Below the pieces are notes generated by a model. That model was not told where the DNA came from and did not search any database. It saw only the letters and a list, made by a program, of their open reading frames with translations. DNA of 64,000 nucleotides from Chiloscyllium plagiosum (taxonomy: Eukaryota). The stretch spans positions 44,513,040 to 44,577,039 of the forward strand of contig NC_057721.1 of assembly GCF_004010195.1 (NCBI RefSeq). The letters are read 5' to 3'. Position 1 is the first letter of the stretch. Every line of letters starts with the position of its first letter. Of this stretch, positions 52,201 to 64,000 are shown one piece after another. Made by a program: the position numbers and the translations under genes.

Positions 52201-54280
52201 CACTCCCCAAACACTATTTAAACAGAAACAGAATTGAGGAAAGGATTAGTCCAGCCCGATTTGCAGATATTTCTTTTTCCTCACTACTAACATTCTGAAT
52301 TTTCACTCCAAATGATAAACAGGACGCCTTGTTAATTAAAGTGACTGGGATCGATAGTTTCAAAGCAAGCTGTTTTTTTGAAAGATTAGATTCCCTACAG
52401 TGTGGAAACGGGCCCTTCGGCCCAACCAGTCCACACCGACCCTCCGAAGAGCAACCCACCAAGACCCATTTCCCTCTGACTAATGCACCTAACACTACGG
52501 GCAATTTAGCATGGCCAATTCACCTGGCCTGCACATCTTTGGACTGTGGGAGGAAACCAGAGCACCCGCAGGAAACCCACGCAGACACGGGGAGAATGTG
52601 CATCAGTGATGTTATTACAGGGCCTTGTAGCTAGTGAGACTTGAACCTAGATCTCTACCCCAGAGGTGGGGATATTACCACTGCTCCATTACAGCTCTTA
52701 AACAATTCCTATTAACTACTCCTTTGTCAGTCTAACTGTTCTCTCTCCCCACTTATCGTTTACTCCTTATCCTCTCCCCGCCCCCCCCCCCCCCCAAACA
52801 CCAACCTTACCCGTTTAAATCTTCCCATGCAACTCTAGCAAATCTCCCTGCCAGTATAATAGTCCACTTCCTATTCAGGTGCATTCCATCCTTCTTGTAC
52901 AGGTCACTTCTATCACAGGAGAGATTTCAATGATCCAAAAATGTGGACCTTTCTCCCCTGCACCAGCTCCTCAGCCACTCATTCATCTGCTCTATTCTTC
53001 TATTCCTACCCTCACTAGCTTGTTGCACCAGGAGTAACCCAGATATTATTACCCTCAAGGATCTCCTTTTTCAATTCCTGCCTAACTTCCTTTATTCTCC
53101 CTTCAGAATCTCATTCTTTTTCCCTCCTGTGTCATTGGTTACAATGTGTACAATGACCTCGTATTGATCCCTCTTCCCTTTGGGAGTATTCTGCACTTGT
53201 GAGTATTCTCCAAGGTATCCTTGGTCGTGACACCAGGGAGGCAACACATTATTCTGATTTCTTGCTGTCAGCCACAGAAACATCGGCCTGTGTCTCTGAC
53301 TAGAGAGGCCTCTATTGCCATCAATCGCTTGGAACCTGAAGTACCTCTCATTATATTAGAACCATTGTCAGGACCAGAGACTTGGCTGTTTGTGCTACGT
53401 TCCCCTGAGAGTCCATCATCCCCTTCATTTTCCAAAATAGCATACTTGTTTGAGATGGGATAGTCACAGGAGACTCCTACACTACCTGCCTCCCTCTCCT
53501 ACCTTTCCTGGAGATAACCCATCTACCTTATTGTATCTGTGGTTTTTCTCCCTTCCTATAGCTGCCATCCATCACATTCCCAGCTCCTGTAAATTCCTTA
53601 TTGCCTCTAACTGCAGCTCCAGCCAATCCATGCGATATGATAGGTTTCGCAACCAAAGACACTTGCTGCAGACATAATCATCAGTAACATGGAACTCTTC
53701 CTATCTCCCACAGGCTACAGGAAGGGTACATCACTCTACTAAAGGCCACCTATGCTCCTTAACAATCTACAGACCCAGAAAATAGCACCATTGTATTGCT
53801 CTAAAAAACACTGCTCCAGGCTAACTTGGTACCTATGTTTATATTTTTAAAGTTTAATCAGGAGACAGATATCAATAAAACATAATCAAAAAAGAACCCA
53901 CTCTACTCCCTATTGTAGATTTACAGCAAAGTGATGCTTAAAAAACTATGCACTTAGCTTCTCCCGTGCTGTGATCTCTCTCACATAGATTCCTCCAAAG
54001 TCAGCTGTGAATTTTACTGTTTGTTAATTTTTCTTAGACAGCAGCATAGGTTTCTTTCTCTGACCATGTGATCTCTGCCTTTGTCTGTCTTGCTCCTTTT
54101 TAAAGTGCCATTGTTTTGATCTTTCTCACACCAAAGTTGCAAAACAATGCAACAGCTTATAAAACAATAATTGCTGCTCCTGCAATTAGAGGAAATCATT
54201 TCCAACACCTAAAATACCTCAAAAAAGGAGCAGCTATTACAGCCACAATTTTTTCTTGTCCTTCATCTTGGATTAACTAA
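49230..54280 (-). mobile_element. Long, internally deleted CR1 LINE (5' UTR, ORF1 esterase, ORF2) with nested inserts, including a CR1 3' fragment at about 50604-51460
   Basis: FEEVTKRIDEGRAVDVIYMDFSKAFDKVP..GVLQGSVLGPLLF (50171-50455); ORF1 SGNH-like VIVHIVTND (about 53130-53160). Confidence 0.85.
52383..52602 (-). mobile_element. HE1-like V-SINE lacking its tRNA head
   Basis: Core and tail are homologous to 35750-36067; truncated at 52602. Confidence 0.82.
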
Positions 54281-54344
54281 AATCCTAGATCTGTGGAAGA
54301 TGAATAAATTCCATTTCTTTTTCTCCAAACTCTTCGAAACTGGC

Positions 54345-54950
54345 AGGAAATGTTGAGAAAGTGGCCAATAAAGTATTTGAGTTTCTGTGTTTTATGAATA
54401 TAAGCATCAAGTACAAAAAGAAGCAATTTATGCAAAACCTTCACAAACCACTATTTGAACCAATTCTGGGCATTGTGCTTTCAGGGTGTGAATGCAATGG
54501 AATGCCTACAGAAAAGATTTACAAAGTTAGTAAAATGGATCAATTGGACAAAATAGGGGTTTTTCTTTAGAAAAGTGAAGGTTAAGACATTTGATAGAAG
54601 TGTTTAGAATCATGAGGTATCTGGACAGTATGTAGGTTCCTCTTTAAAGAAAGATCAAGTACTTGAGGTCGCCAATATAAAATGTTTTTCAAAAATATCG
54701 GAGGCGACATGAGGAAAAACCTTTCACTCAGCAAGAGGGTAGTATCCAGAATGCACTGTCTGAGAGTGAGGTAGAGGCAGCTTAAATCATGAATTTCAAA
54801 AATAAATTAGAAAGTTACCCAAAAAGAAAATAATTGCAGGGCTATGGAGAAATGACCGAAGGGCGGAACTAACTGAATAGCTTTTAAAAAGACCTGGCAC
54901 AGGCATGGTGGGCTGAGTGGTCTCTTTCCTTGTAACTGTTTTGTGATGCT
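54345..54950 (+). mobile_element. Old CR1 3' fragment
   Basis: Decayed CR1 C-terminal and 3' UTR motifs (gacatgaggaaaaacctttcactcagc..ggcacaggcatggtgggctga). Confidence 0.6.
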
Positions 54951-55182
54951 GTGCTTTCTCGTGATTTCTGTTTCATCCCATTTGATGCATCAAAATGTAA
55001 AAGTTAACCTACTTGTGTTTTCAGAAATCACTTTTCTTAACTCTATCAAGTTAATACATTTGAATTGAATAACCAATAAATTAATCTGTTTGTGAGGTTG
55101 TGGAACCAAGCTTCTCTAATATTTAAAGTCTTTGGCTTTAGGGTTTCCTTTTATTAAAGTGAAAACTCTTTTGTACCTACAG

Positions 55183-55593
55183 AAAGCAACTTGCAAACTG
55201 AAAAAATTGAGAAAAGTATTACTGTGCCTGAGGACAGCCAAATTCAACTAGAATGCAAGATCAGCAACCGTACCAACCTGGATTCACAACTATCTGTGAC
55301 ATGGTATTCCCAGAAAATAAAGGAGGAAGAACCATACACCATTCTCCACCTGAATCAGAATTCTGTTTTTGAATATGGCAGCTCCATCAATAACAGTGCA
55401 AGTCTGAGGGATAGATTACAATTTGAAAAAGCTACCACTGATCTATATAGTGTGATACTGCAGAAAGCAACTACATCTGACACTGGCAGTTACTACTGTT
55501 ATGTGGAGGAGTGGCTGCTTGATCCCAGTGATGTATGGTATAAACTGGGAGAAGATCAGTCTGGACTGACTATCGTGACTGTACAACAACCAG
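55183..55593 (+). CDS. IGSF3: IGSF3 coding exon, Ig domain 7 (411 nt, phase 1-1)
   Basis: cctacag acceptor; CCAG|gtatag donor. ESNLQ..QIQLECKISNRTNLDSQLSVTWY..SDTGSYYCYVEEWLLDPSDVWYK; the QLEC..NRT..SQL pattern matches recalled IGSF3 D7. Confidence 0.9.
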
Positions 55594-57939
55594 GTATAGT
55601 AGAGCTATTATTTTCAGTTTTGGAAAAAATGCTTTAATGAATGACAGTTTCAAAAGCTATTCATCTGTTCAGCATCAGACCATATTATATGTGTCCACCT
55701 TACTAGAAATTTTAAGACATGACTGTATGAGGAATTAAATTATGCAGAATTAGCTGAAATCTGGTTTCTGAAATATAATACCTTTCAGCTGATTGATGTG
55801 GACTGAGTTAGCCTCCATTTTAAATTACAATGATGTTTGCACCATAAATAGAGCAGAGAATGTTTAGCATGTTTTGGCATCAAATCCATTGCACTATCAA
55901 TTCACATCTAAGCTATGTTATCTTGCCTCCAACACAGACGCTGGAATCAAAACACATTGTCCATCATAATACCTCAATGCATGCTGTTTAAGTATCTTGC
56001 TTGCTGTATGTGTTGCCCCAACCCTTAAAATCTCACACGTTTAATGCAAGTAATGTGGGATTAGCAATATTTAAATGCGTGCTCTGGTTTCCTGAAAAGC
56101 TTGAGAGCTGCTATCCTGTGCTCTGTATTTCAAAGAAGTGCACTGTCACTGTCATGGGTTAGGTCGGTCCTGTTGGCTGGATACTGCAACATTGATCAAT
56201 TTCAGTTATCTCAGTAATAAAGGCATCATGTTCTTAAGTGGACTCAATACTATTCACTTCATCCAGGCTGTGCATTTATGACAATATTCTGATTTCCATG
56301 TGTTCTCTGTTTGCATCCCATGTTTTAAAATTCACATGCATGTACTTTGTATGATTTAATGTTTTCTGTCAAGTCTTTTTGGTCAGTAGCTGAGAAAAGT
56401 TATTCCTGTTTGTAGCATTGCTCTGTCTGATAGTATATCACACTTTGACAGCTTAAAAGTTTTGGTGTACATTAAGAACGTGCATACATGTATATATGCA
56501 ATGGGGTGGAGGAGGAAAGAGTATATCATGGTCGGAGAGCTGTCCTTAAAGGGCAGGGAATCAGAGACAATTTAGAAACATGAGCACTTGAGACTGTTTG
56601 ACAGAGAGGGTGCTGAGAGAGTGTTTCCTGCTGTCGGGGGTCCCAGGACTACAGACATAGTTTCAATATGAGAGTCTCCCATTTAAGATGAAAACGAAGA
56701 GAAATTTCTTCTTAGAGTGTTGTTAAACTGGAAGTTTTCATCTCAGGAAGTCAAGAAAGCTGGTTTATTGATCTTCAAGGGAGTCTAGGCCAATGGGGCT
56801 TAGGCAGTAAAGTGGAACTCTGGCCAGGATCAGCTCAATCAAACATTATTGAATGACCGAGCAGGCTTGAAGTACCAAATGGCCTATTCCTGTTCTTAGT
56901 TCCCATGTTCTTGTGGCCAGAGGTATAATCACGCAGTTATATATAAATTTCTTGGATAATAATTGTGATATTGGTTACTTGTGAGTCAAGGCACAGATGT
57001 TATTAAATGGAAATAAATGAAAAATTGCCAAGCAAATCTAATCATATAGCTTTAGTTTGCCTGAGGCAATCTCTTTAAATCTCATTAGTGATGCTGGTGT
57101 TAATATTGACTTAATCACAGTGTGACTTCCTTTAAAAGAGTCATTTCAATTGAAATATTAGCTGGACATTCATCTCTGTCTCATTTACTCATGATTAACC
57201 TGGTGTCAACTTCAGTGACTATAGGCAGAAAAGGTATAAGATGTGATCAGCTGCAATAGAGACAGAATTATCTTGCCAAGACAACAGTTTATTTGAGTAA
57301 GCTGAGGGGATTGAGCTCCAGGAAACTCAAGAAATTAAAATATTATTGTATCACAAGGAATAATTCAGAAAAATTGAAATTTTGAGATCAGTTGGACAGA
57401 ATCTATTTTTTAATACATGTATATAGGAGGAAAGACATGAATTAGGCTGTTGTGGATTGGAACCTTTCCAGAAAGAAATTCATTTGACAGCTCACATTGT
57501 ATTGGGACCAAATGTAAGCCTCCAGCTGTGGTTTTGATGATACATTTTTAATGTAGTGTAATCTTCCTGCTAGTGTTAAATGGAAATTGGCTGCAATATA
57601 CAACGCATGTCTCAAGACAGCAGGCAATAATTTTCACACCTGAGTCTGCACATTATGGATGTGGACTTGACTGCCTCATTACTGTGGTGGGTTGTGGGGT
57701 GGGGAAAGCATCACTCACGGTATGTACATCAAGAAAATGAGGCTGGAAAACTTCAGCCACTAGGGACCGCTCAATGGGAAAAGTGCTTGGAGATGGGCAG
57801 ACATCATGGAGCTAACTCCATGACTGGGATTTTCTCAAAAACATACCAACATAGTTACTTTCATTTCCTTTTTTGCCTCTTCCGACCTGATTAAAATTAA
57901 AGCTAGAAGTGCCAGCAGTCTGCATGCAAAGCACATTTA

Positions 57940-58432
57940 GTCATAGAGTCATAGAGATGTACAGCATGGAAACAGACCCTTCATCCAACCCATCCATGCC
58001 ACCCAGATATTCTAAATAAATCTAGTCCATTTGCCAGCACTTGGCCCATATCCCTCTAATCCCTTCCTATTCATATACCCATAATTTTACCAGCTTCTAC
58101 CACTTCCTCTGGCAGCTCATTCCATACATGCACAATCCTCTGCTTGAAAAAGTTGCCCCTTAGGTCCCTTTTAAATCTTTCCCCTCTCAACTTAAACCTT
58201 TGGCCTCTAGTTCTGGACTCCCCCAAGCCAGCGAAAAGACTTTGTCTATTTATCTATCCATGCCCCTCATCATTTTATAAACTATAAGGTCACCCCTCAG
58301 CCTCCAACATTCTAAGGAAAATAGCCCCAGACTATTCAACCTCTCCCTATAGCTCAAACCCTCCAATCCTGGCAACATCCTTGTAAATCTTTTCTGAACC
58401 CTTTCAAGTTTCACAACATCCTTCCTATAGCA
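57940..58432 (-). mobile_element. CR1 3' fragment
   Basis: KDVVKLERVQKRFTRMLPGLEGLSYRERL; gtcatagagtcatag tail. Confidence 0.87.
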
Positions 58433-58699
58433 AAGATGGTGTAGGTATTCCTCAAAATTAAATTCAAGTTGTAAGTATTTCACATTACATTGATTTCACT
58501 TTACTCATGTATGTATCATCATTATTTGTTGAGACTATCTTAGTCAAACTTAAATATGCTGGCATCCCTCACCCATCCCAACAGATATCACCCACCACAA
58601 CAGACCAAGATGCAGAAATAGCAAGCAGGACAGAACATCAGCGCTTCATCGGAGGTTCACTGACGATGTTACCTAGCATGGGATTAAAATATCTGAGAA

Positions 58700-58944
58700 T
58701 AAACTACCAGCTCAGCGAGCAAACATACAACCTGATCCACATCCTGAGCTACAAATCTTCTCCAAAATCGCAAACACCTCATCGGCGGGTCGGTGTGGAC
58801 TTGTTGGGCCGAAGGGCCTGTTTCCACACTGTAATGTAATCTAATCTAATGTAATCTAATCTAAACTACCAGCTCAGTGAGCAAACATACAACCTGATCC
58901 ACAACCTGAGCTACAAATCTTCTCCAAAATCGCAAACACCTCAT
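58700..58944 (+). repeat. 83-bp direct repeat (58700-58782, 58862-58944) flanking a 79-bp SINE/LINE tail
   Basis: The copies differ at 2 positions; the insert ends in (taatc)n. Confidence 0.9.
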
Positions 58945-60710
58945 TGATGTTAGGGATGTTAGAGACATTTCCTTTATTGTGAAAGAAACAATGTTGTGTT
59001 TTTGTAATATTCATGTTAATGTCTAGTACTGTATTCGCCACTCTATGGGACACAGCTGAACTTGCAAGCTCAACTGGTCCTCTCTTCCATCATTATAAAG
59101 GACATTGTCGAAGAATAATCTCTGCAGGTGTAGTTGAAATGTTGTAGGTGAACCCATATCCCTGCAAGGATTCTGCCAATCAATAATCTAAAATGGACTC
59201 ACATTTGGATTGTACTAACTTTGCTCCCAGATTTTCTTGATTTCACTATCCGCATCATGTCCAGGATGCAAGACCCTTCCCATTTCACTTCTCTATAACT
59301 GTGAGCCCTCACTCTTCTAGAATAGTGACCCCACTCTACAATCTGCTCACCATTGACTCATAGTTGCCATTTCCAAGCTTCCATGCAGGAACCCTGTCTC
59401 CTGTTTCCCTCCCTGTGACATAGGGTTAGGCAAGGAAAATCATTGACCTTACACAACTGCACAAAGCCAACTGGTCCATGCTGCCTTTACATGATAGTGA
59501 ACCAGTGGTCATGAGATTCCCGAACTCTATCTTGGACTTAATGACAACTATTTCCCACTGTTGACAATTCACAGATGTAAAATATATGACAGGTCCACAT
59601 CCAACACAGGCCAGATACACAGCAAAGGCGCTCCTGATTTTATCTCCAGATCTCTGTCTGCTCTCAGGAAATCAAAATATCACATCCTGTGACAATTTTC
59701 AAATGTCAATATGGGGTCACAATGGGAGAAGTTTCAAGAAGCATTGCTTTATACCTGTACCATGTGTGTCCCCACTCTTATAAATTCTAAAAGAATACCC
59801 TCGTGTGCACTGCAATAGTACCCACAAAGTTGGGACAATTCAGCTTCTGGTTTCCATGTGGTCAGATTGAACAACTGAAAGTTTGCCACGGTAATATTAT
59901 TAGCCTTGAATGAAATCAAGGTTTGTAATGGCATTTGAGTAAATACTGTATTTCATCCGATAAAGTAGTAAGCACATAGCTCCAGGGTCAGGTATCAAAT
60001 GGATGGAGGAAAAGAAAAATTGAGAAAAGAATGATGACTTTCTCCTAGTTGCTCAGGTGTTTGGAATATCTGAACTCCACTATTTACAGTGTAACTGCAT
60101 CTTTTTGCTGCCTGTCATTTTTTAGTCTTTCCTCTTGGCTTTGCTAAAGTGGCTTGATTATGTAATCCTTCAGTAACCCAAAATAATTGATGCGTATTTT
60201 AATCTGTGGTCCTGGGCCACAAGAAGTCAACAAACTGAACATTCTAAATGAACTTAATCCTGCCCTCCTATTGTGGTCATGTATTCTGTTTAATTCAAAG
60301 TTCCATCGACTTTGTTCTGCGGATTCTTCTGTAATTATTATATTTGACAAGGGTAGCAAGGGTCCCTCCTACATCTTTCCCTCCTGGTGGGTTGAACTGG
60401 GCAGAGATGACTGAATGTCCTTTGCTTCACCCCTTAAAAGTTGGGAATAGTGTGAATATGAGACAAATTCACTGATCCAGCACTCCCAGTAGGAAGCAAT
60501 GCATAACGGAGGTAAGGATTGGAGATACAACTGTAACACGGTGGCTCTGATTCCCTGACCTGCCCATTTGCTCCAATGTGACACCATGTTGGGAGCACCT
60601 GATTGGTGAGTTTGTTCAACATATAGAAAAGTGGGTACATTGACTTTCTCAGATTTTCACAAGTTACACATTAAAATCCATTAACTTCTTGTTTTCGATT
60701 TTGCAAACAG

Positions 60711-61133
60711 AATTTAAAATGCAAGTGGATAAAACTGAATTGAATATTAGCGTACCGGAGAAGGACCTGTTTCAGCTCACCTGTAATGTAACCCAACAAA
60801 CACAAGATAATTCTCAGTTTGCTGTAACCTGGTTCGTGTGGAAAGTCAAACAAGGTGCTGACCAAATCGTGAAGGAGACCATTTTAAAAGTTGATCACAA
60901 TTCAGTGTTTGGGTTCGATGTTTCACTGGATGGAGTTGAGGGAATGAAGGACAGGCTGCAATTAGAGAGACCTTCCAATGGATTGTACAGCTTGACTGTG
61001 CAGGACTCTGCAAGCAGTGATACAGGCAATTACTCATGTCACGTGGAGGAGTGGATTCAAACTGCCAACAATATCTGGTATAAACTAGGAGAGGATGAGT
61101 CTGGGCTGGTCATGGTCACCGTGCAGGACAAAG
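60711..61133 (+). CDS. IGSF3: IGSF3 coding exon, Ig domain 8 (423 nt, phase 1-1)
   Basis: aaacag acceptor; AAAG|gtaatt donor. MQVD..NISVPEKDLFQLTC..SQFAVTW..DTGNYSCHVEEWIQ..VQDK matches recalled IGSF3 D8 (LQVD..NATVSEKAAFQLDC..SRFAVAW..DTGNYSCHVEEW..VLDT). Confidence 0.9.
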
Positions 61134-62150
61134 GTAATTTGCTCATTCAAAATGCTGATGTTTCCTGAATCATATGTGGTCAAGAATACTAAAGAATTTG
61201 AGTACTTTCTCACTGCCAAGTGTATGATGCTTTGGGAATGCTTTATGAAGGAGTCCAGATTTTGTGATGAAACTGCCTTTAAGTTGATCCAGAAAATGAA
61301 AGGGTTACAGACATGTAAAAGATATTGTATACCTGGACATGTGATCTGTGCTTTAGGTGAAATTGTGTTGCAAGCAAGAAATGAGCAACAAGCATAACAG
61401 AAATCCCTTGTAACTGTAATGAATGATCCGATCACATTATGCATTCATGTCTCTGGAATGGGACCTGAACTCATAATCTTGTGTCTCAGGGGCAACCGTT
61501 CTACCTGTGAGCCAAAGCTAACATTTTGACATTAGTACTAAATCTGTGTTTTATTAGTGTAAGTCTGTGCTCTCTTGTCTGACTGTCATGACAAAGTCTG
61601 AGGTCATAAACCAAATTTACATTCATTATCCTCTCACACTCCTGTGAGGCGCTATAAATTCAACTAAGTTTTTTTTATTTTAAGGAATACAGAATTTTTA
61701 CTGCATAAACAATGTTGAATGATGTTGGACAGATAGACTATATTCCAGAATCCTCTATGAAAGACAATGGGATTCATTGTTAAAAATCCACACAGTATCA
61801 TAAAGGTCATGCATACAATTATTTCATTGAATCAAGCTCAACCTCCAGATCCCAGCTAATCTCTAGATCACAGATCTTCCTAACCACTTATAGATCCCAG
61901 ACATTTCTGGATTTGCATGAAGGTGTGGACACCAAATATTTGAAGCTTGAAAGCTACAACAGTCACCAGATTCTGAATTGTCTCTCTTTACTATCTGGAC
62001 TGCTTCGTCTAGCAACTGTTCTGAACCTACCATTGGGCTCTGTTTGGTATCCATGACAAACTTGACCATATACTTCTCCATGTAATCAAGCCTCCACAAT
62101 TGAGGTGCTATATGTAACTGACCAATAACTCTCAGTGCATATTTCATTGG

Positions 62151-62632
62151 AATGGTATGTTTTCCTCTCATTTCTATGAATTTCCTTCTATATTCCTAAC
62201 TTTCTCCATTTGCCTATGTTGATCTGTCACTGTGCCTTCTATTCTCTTTGTTGATATCTGTTCCTCTGCTCTTTTATCTGTTCATCTATTTTTACTGTCA
62301 GGACTTGAGCTCATTTGTTTGTCCATTTTTCATTTCTATTTTGAACATCCAAGTTGCCCCAGCCACTGCAGACAGTTTTGGTTATGTGTATGGTCACTAA
62401 ATTCTTCCTCCACCACTACTTAATGTCCATTTTATGTGAAGTATAGTAAGATTGTTTTACTGGGGCAAAGCCACTGTAAAATGTAAGTTAATGGTGTGTT
62501 TTCCTCTCATTTCTATGAATTTCCTTCTATATTCCTAACTTTCTCCATTTGCCTATGTTGATCTGTCACTGTGCCTCCTATTCTCTTTGTTGATATCTGT
62601 TCCTCTGCTCTTTTATCTGTTCATCTATTTTT
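62151..62632 (+). repeat. 143-bp direct repeat (62151-62293, 62490-62632) with a 196-bp spacer
   Basis: The copies differ at 2 positions; offset 339. Confidence 0.9.
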
Positions 62633-63024
62633 GTATCTTTGTTTCTCTTCCTCGGTTTATAGTCTTTCCTCTGTCTTTGTACTAATAGTTTTCCAGGAAA
62701 TAGTGAGAAAATGCAAGCGGGAGTGGCCAGAGCAGTAGGTGGTAGGAGAGTATAAATAGCTGAATGTGGATTGGATTATAGGATGAAACTAGAGAGAATG
62801 AGTTAGAAGCACATGCATGAAGTTGGTCTTCCAAGTATAAACTATTGAAGAAACAGCAAAGTGATTAGAAAGTACACTGGACATGGTTGTCATTTTGTTG
62901 AGATAAGTATTTACGTTTTAATGTATTAATCGTAAAATCATTTCTTTTTTTTTTTGCATGGTTTATATTGAATAGTAGAGGAACTGATTTGGCAGCTATA
63001 CATCAGAAAAGTACTTTTTGATGG

Positions 63025-63350
63025 AGTCATAGAGTTAACAGCACAGAAACAGACCCTTCAGTCCAACTTGTCTGCACTGGCCAGATATTCTAAATTAATC
63101 TAGTTCCATTTGCCAGCATTTGGCCATATCCCTCTAAACCCTCCCTATTCATAAACCCATCCAGATGCCTTTGTAATGTTGTAATTGTACCAGCCTCCTC
63201 CACCTCCTGGCAGCTCATTCCAAAATTACCCCTCAGGTCCCTTTTAAATCTTTCCCTTCTCACCTTAAACCCATTCCCTGTAGTTTTAAACTCTCACACC
63301 TTGGAATAAAGACAATGCACCCTATCCATGCCCCTTATGATTTTATAAAG
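63025..63350 (-). mobile_element. CR1 3' end (another - strand piece at 63875-64000)
   Basis: Homologous to 42768-43083 and 57940-58432. Confidence 0.8.
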
Positions 63351-63499
63351 AGAACCTTCAAAAGTTATTGGGGGAGGCTGTTGGCAGGTATATCAACAGC
63401 TGGGAAGTGGGAGGCTTCAAAATGTAGTTAACAAGAATTCAGAGAGAGGGTGTTCCTGTTAGTGTGAAGAGCAAGGCTGATAGGTGTAGGAAACACTTA

Positions 63500-63846
63500 G
63501 GGTGGTACGTTGGCTCAGTGGTTAGCACTGCTGCCTCACAGCACCAGGAATCCACTTTGATTCCAGCCTCGGGCTACTGTCTGTGTGGAATTTTCACATT
63601 CTCCCCATGTCTATGTGTGTTTCCTCCTTGTGTTCTTGTTTTATCCCGCAGTCAAAGATGTGTAGGTTAGGTGAATTGGCCATGGGAAATTGTCAGTAGT
63701 GTACGGAGTGGGTGCATTAGCCACGCGGAAATGTAGAGTTACAGGGATAGGGTAGGAAGGTGAGTCTGGGTGAGATGCTCTTTAGAGGAATGGTGTGGAC
63801 TCATTGAGCTGAATGGCCTGCTTACACAGTATAGGCATTCTATGAT
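63500..63846 (+). mobile_element. HE1-like V-SINE
   Basis: tggctcagtggttagcactgctgcctcacag head, core and tail. Confidence 0.85.
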
Positions 63847-64000
63847 AAGGTCATTGGTCAGCATCCAACACTGCAGGGAAAAGCTGCCCCAGCCTATTTA
63901 GCCTCTCCCTATAGCTCAAACCCTACAATCTGAGCAATATCCTTGTAAGTCTTTTCTGAATCCTTTCAAGTTTAACACTATCTTTCCTATAGCAAGGAGA

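Noticed and set aside
1-64000. Antigen-receptor (Ig/TCR/IgNAR) V segments or a CRISPR-like array
   Set aside because: The V-type exons end in splice donors rather than recombination signal sequences and match the EWI family; I saw no regularly spaced repeat-spacer array.

Overview
Vertebrate genomic DNA, inferred to be from a cartilaginous fish (shark) because of its HE1-type V-SINEs, CR1/HER1-type LINEs and Penelope-like repeats. The whole window lies inside one + strand gene, an IGSF3 (EWI-3) orthologue. Seven phase-1 coding exons each encode one V-type Ig domain (D2-D8; 2,844 nt, about 948 aa). The signal peptide/D1 and the transmembrane/cytoplasmic exons lie outside the window. The introns (3.3-30 kb) are packed with nested, decayed mobile elements: CR1 LINEs, tRNA-derived SINEs, Penelope-like remnants carrying minimal hammerhead-ribozyme motifs, a Gypsy LTR element split by several later insertions, solo LTRs and Harbinger/PIF transposase relics. 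Best leads: a core-intact, sense-strand minimal hammerhead at 45390-45424; a stop+AATAAA+GU-rich cassette just after the D5 exon that could give a secreted isoform; an unpaired Cys at the D5/D6 junction; an 83-bp apparent target-site duplication; and a CpG-rich patchwork insert inside a CR1. I found no convincing wholly new multi-gene system. Family assignments come from recalled motifs, not database searches, and repeat boundaries are approximate.
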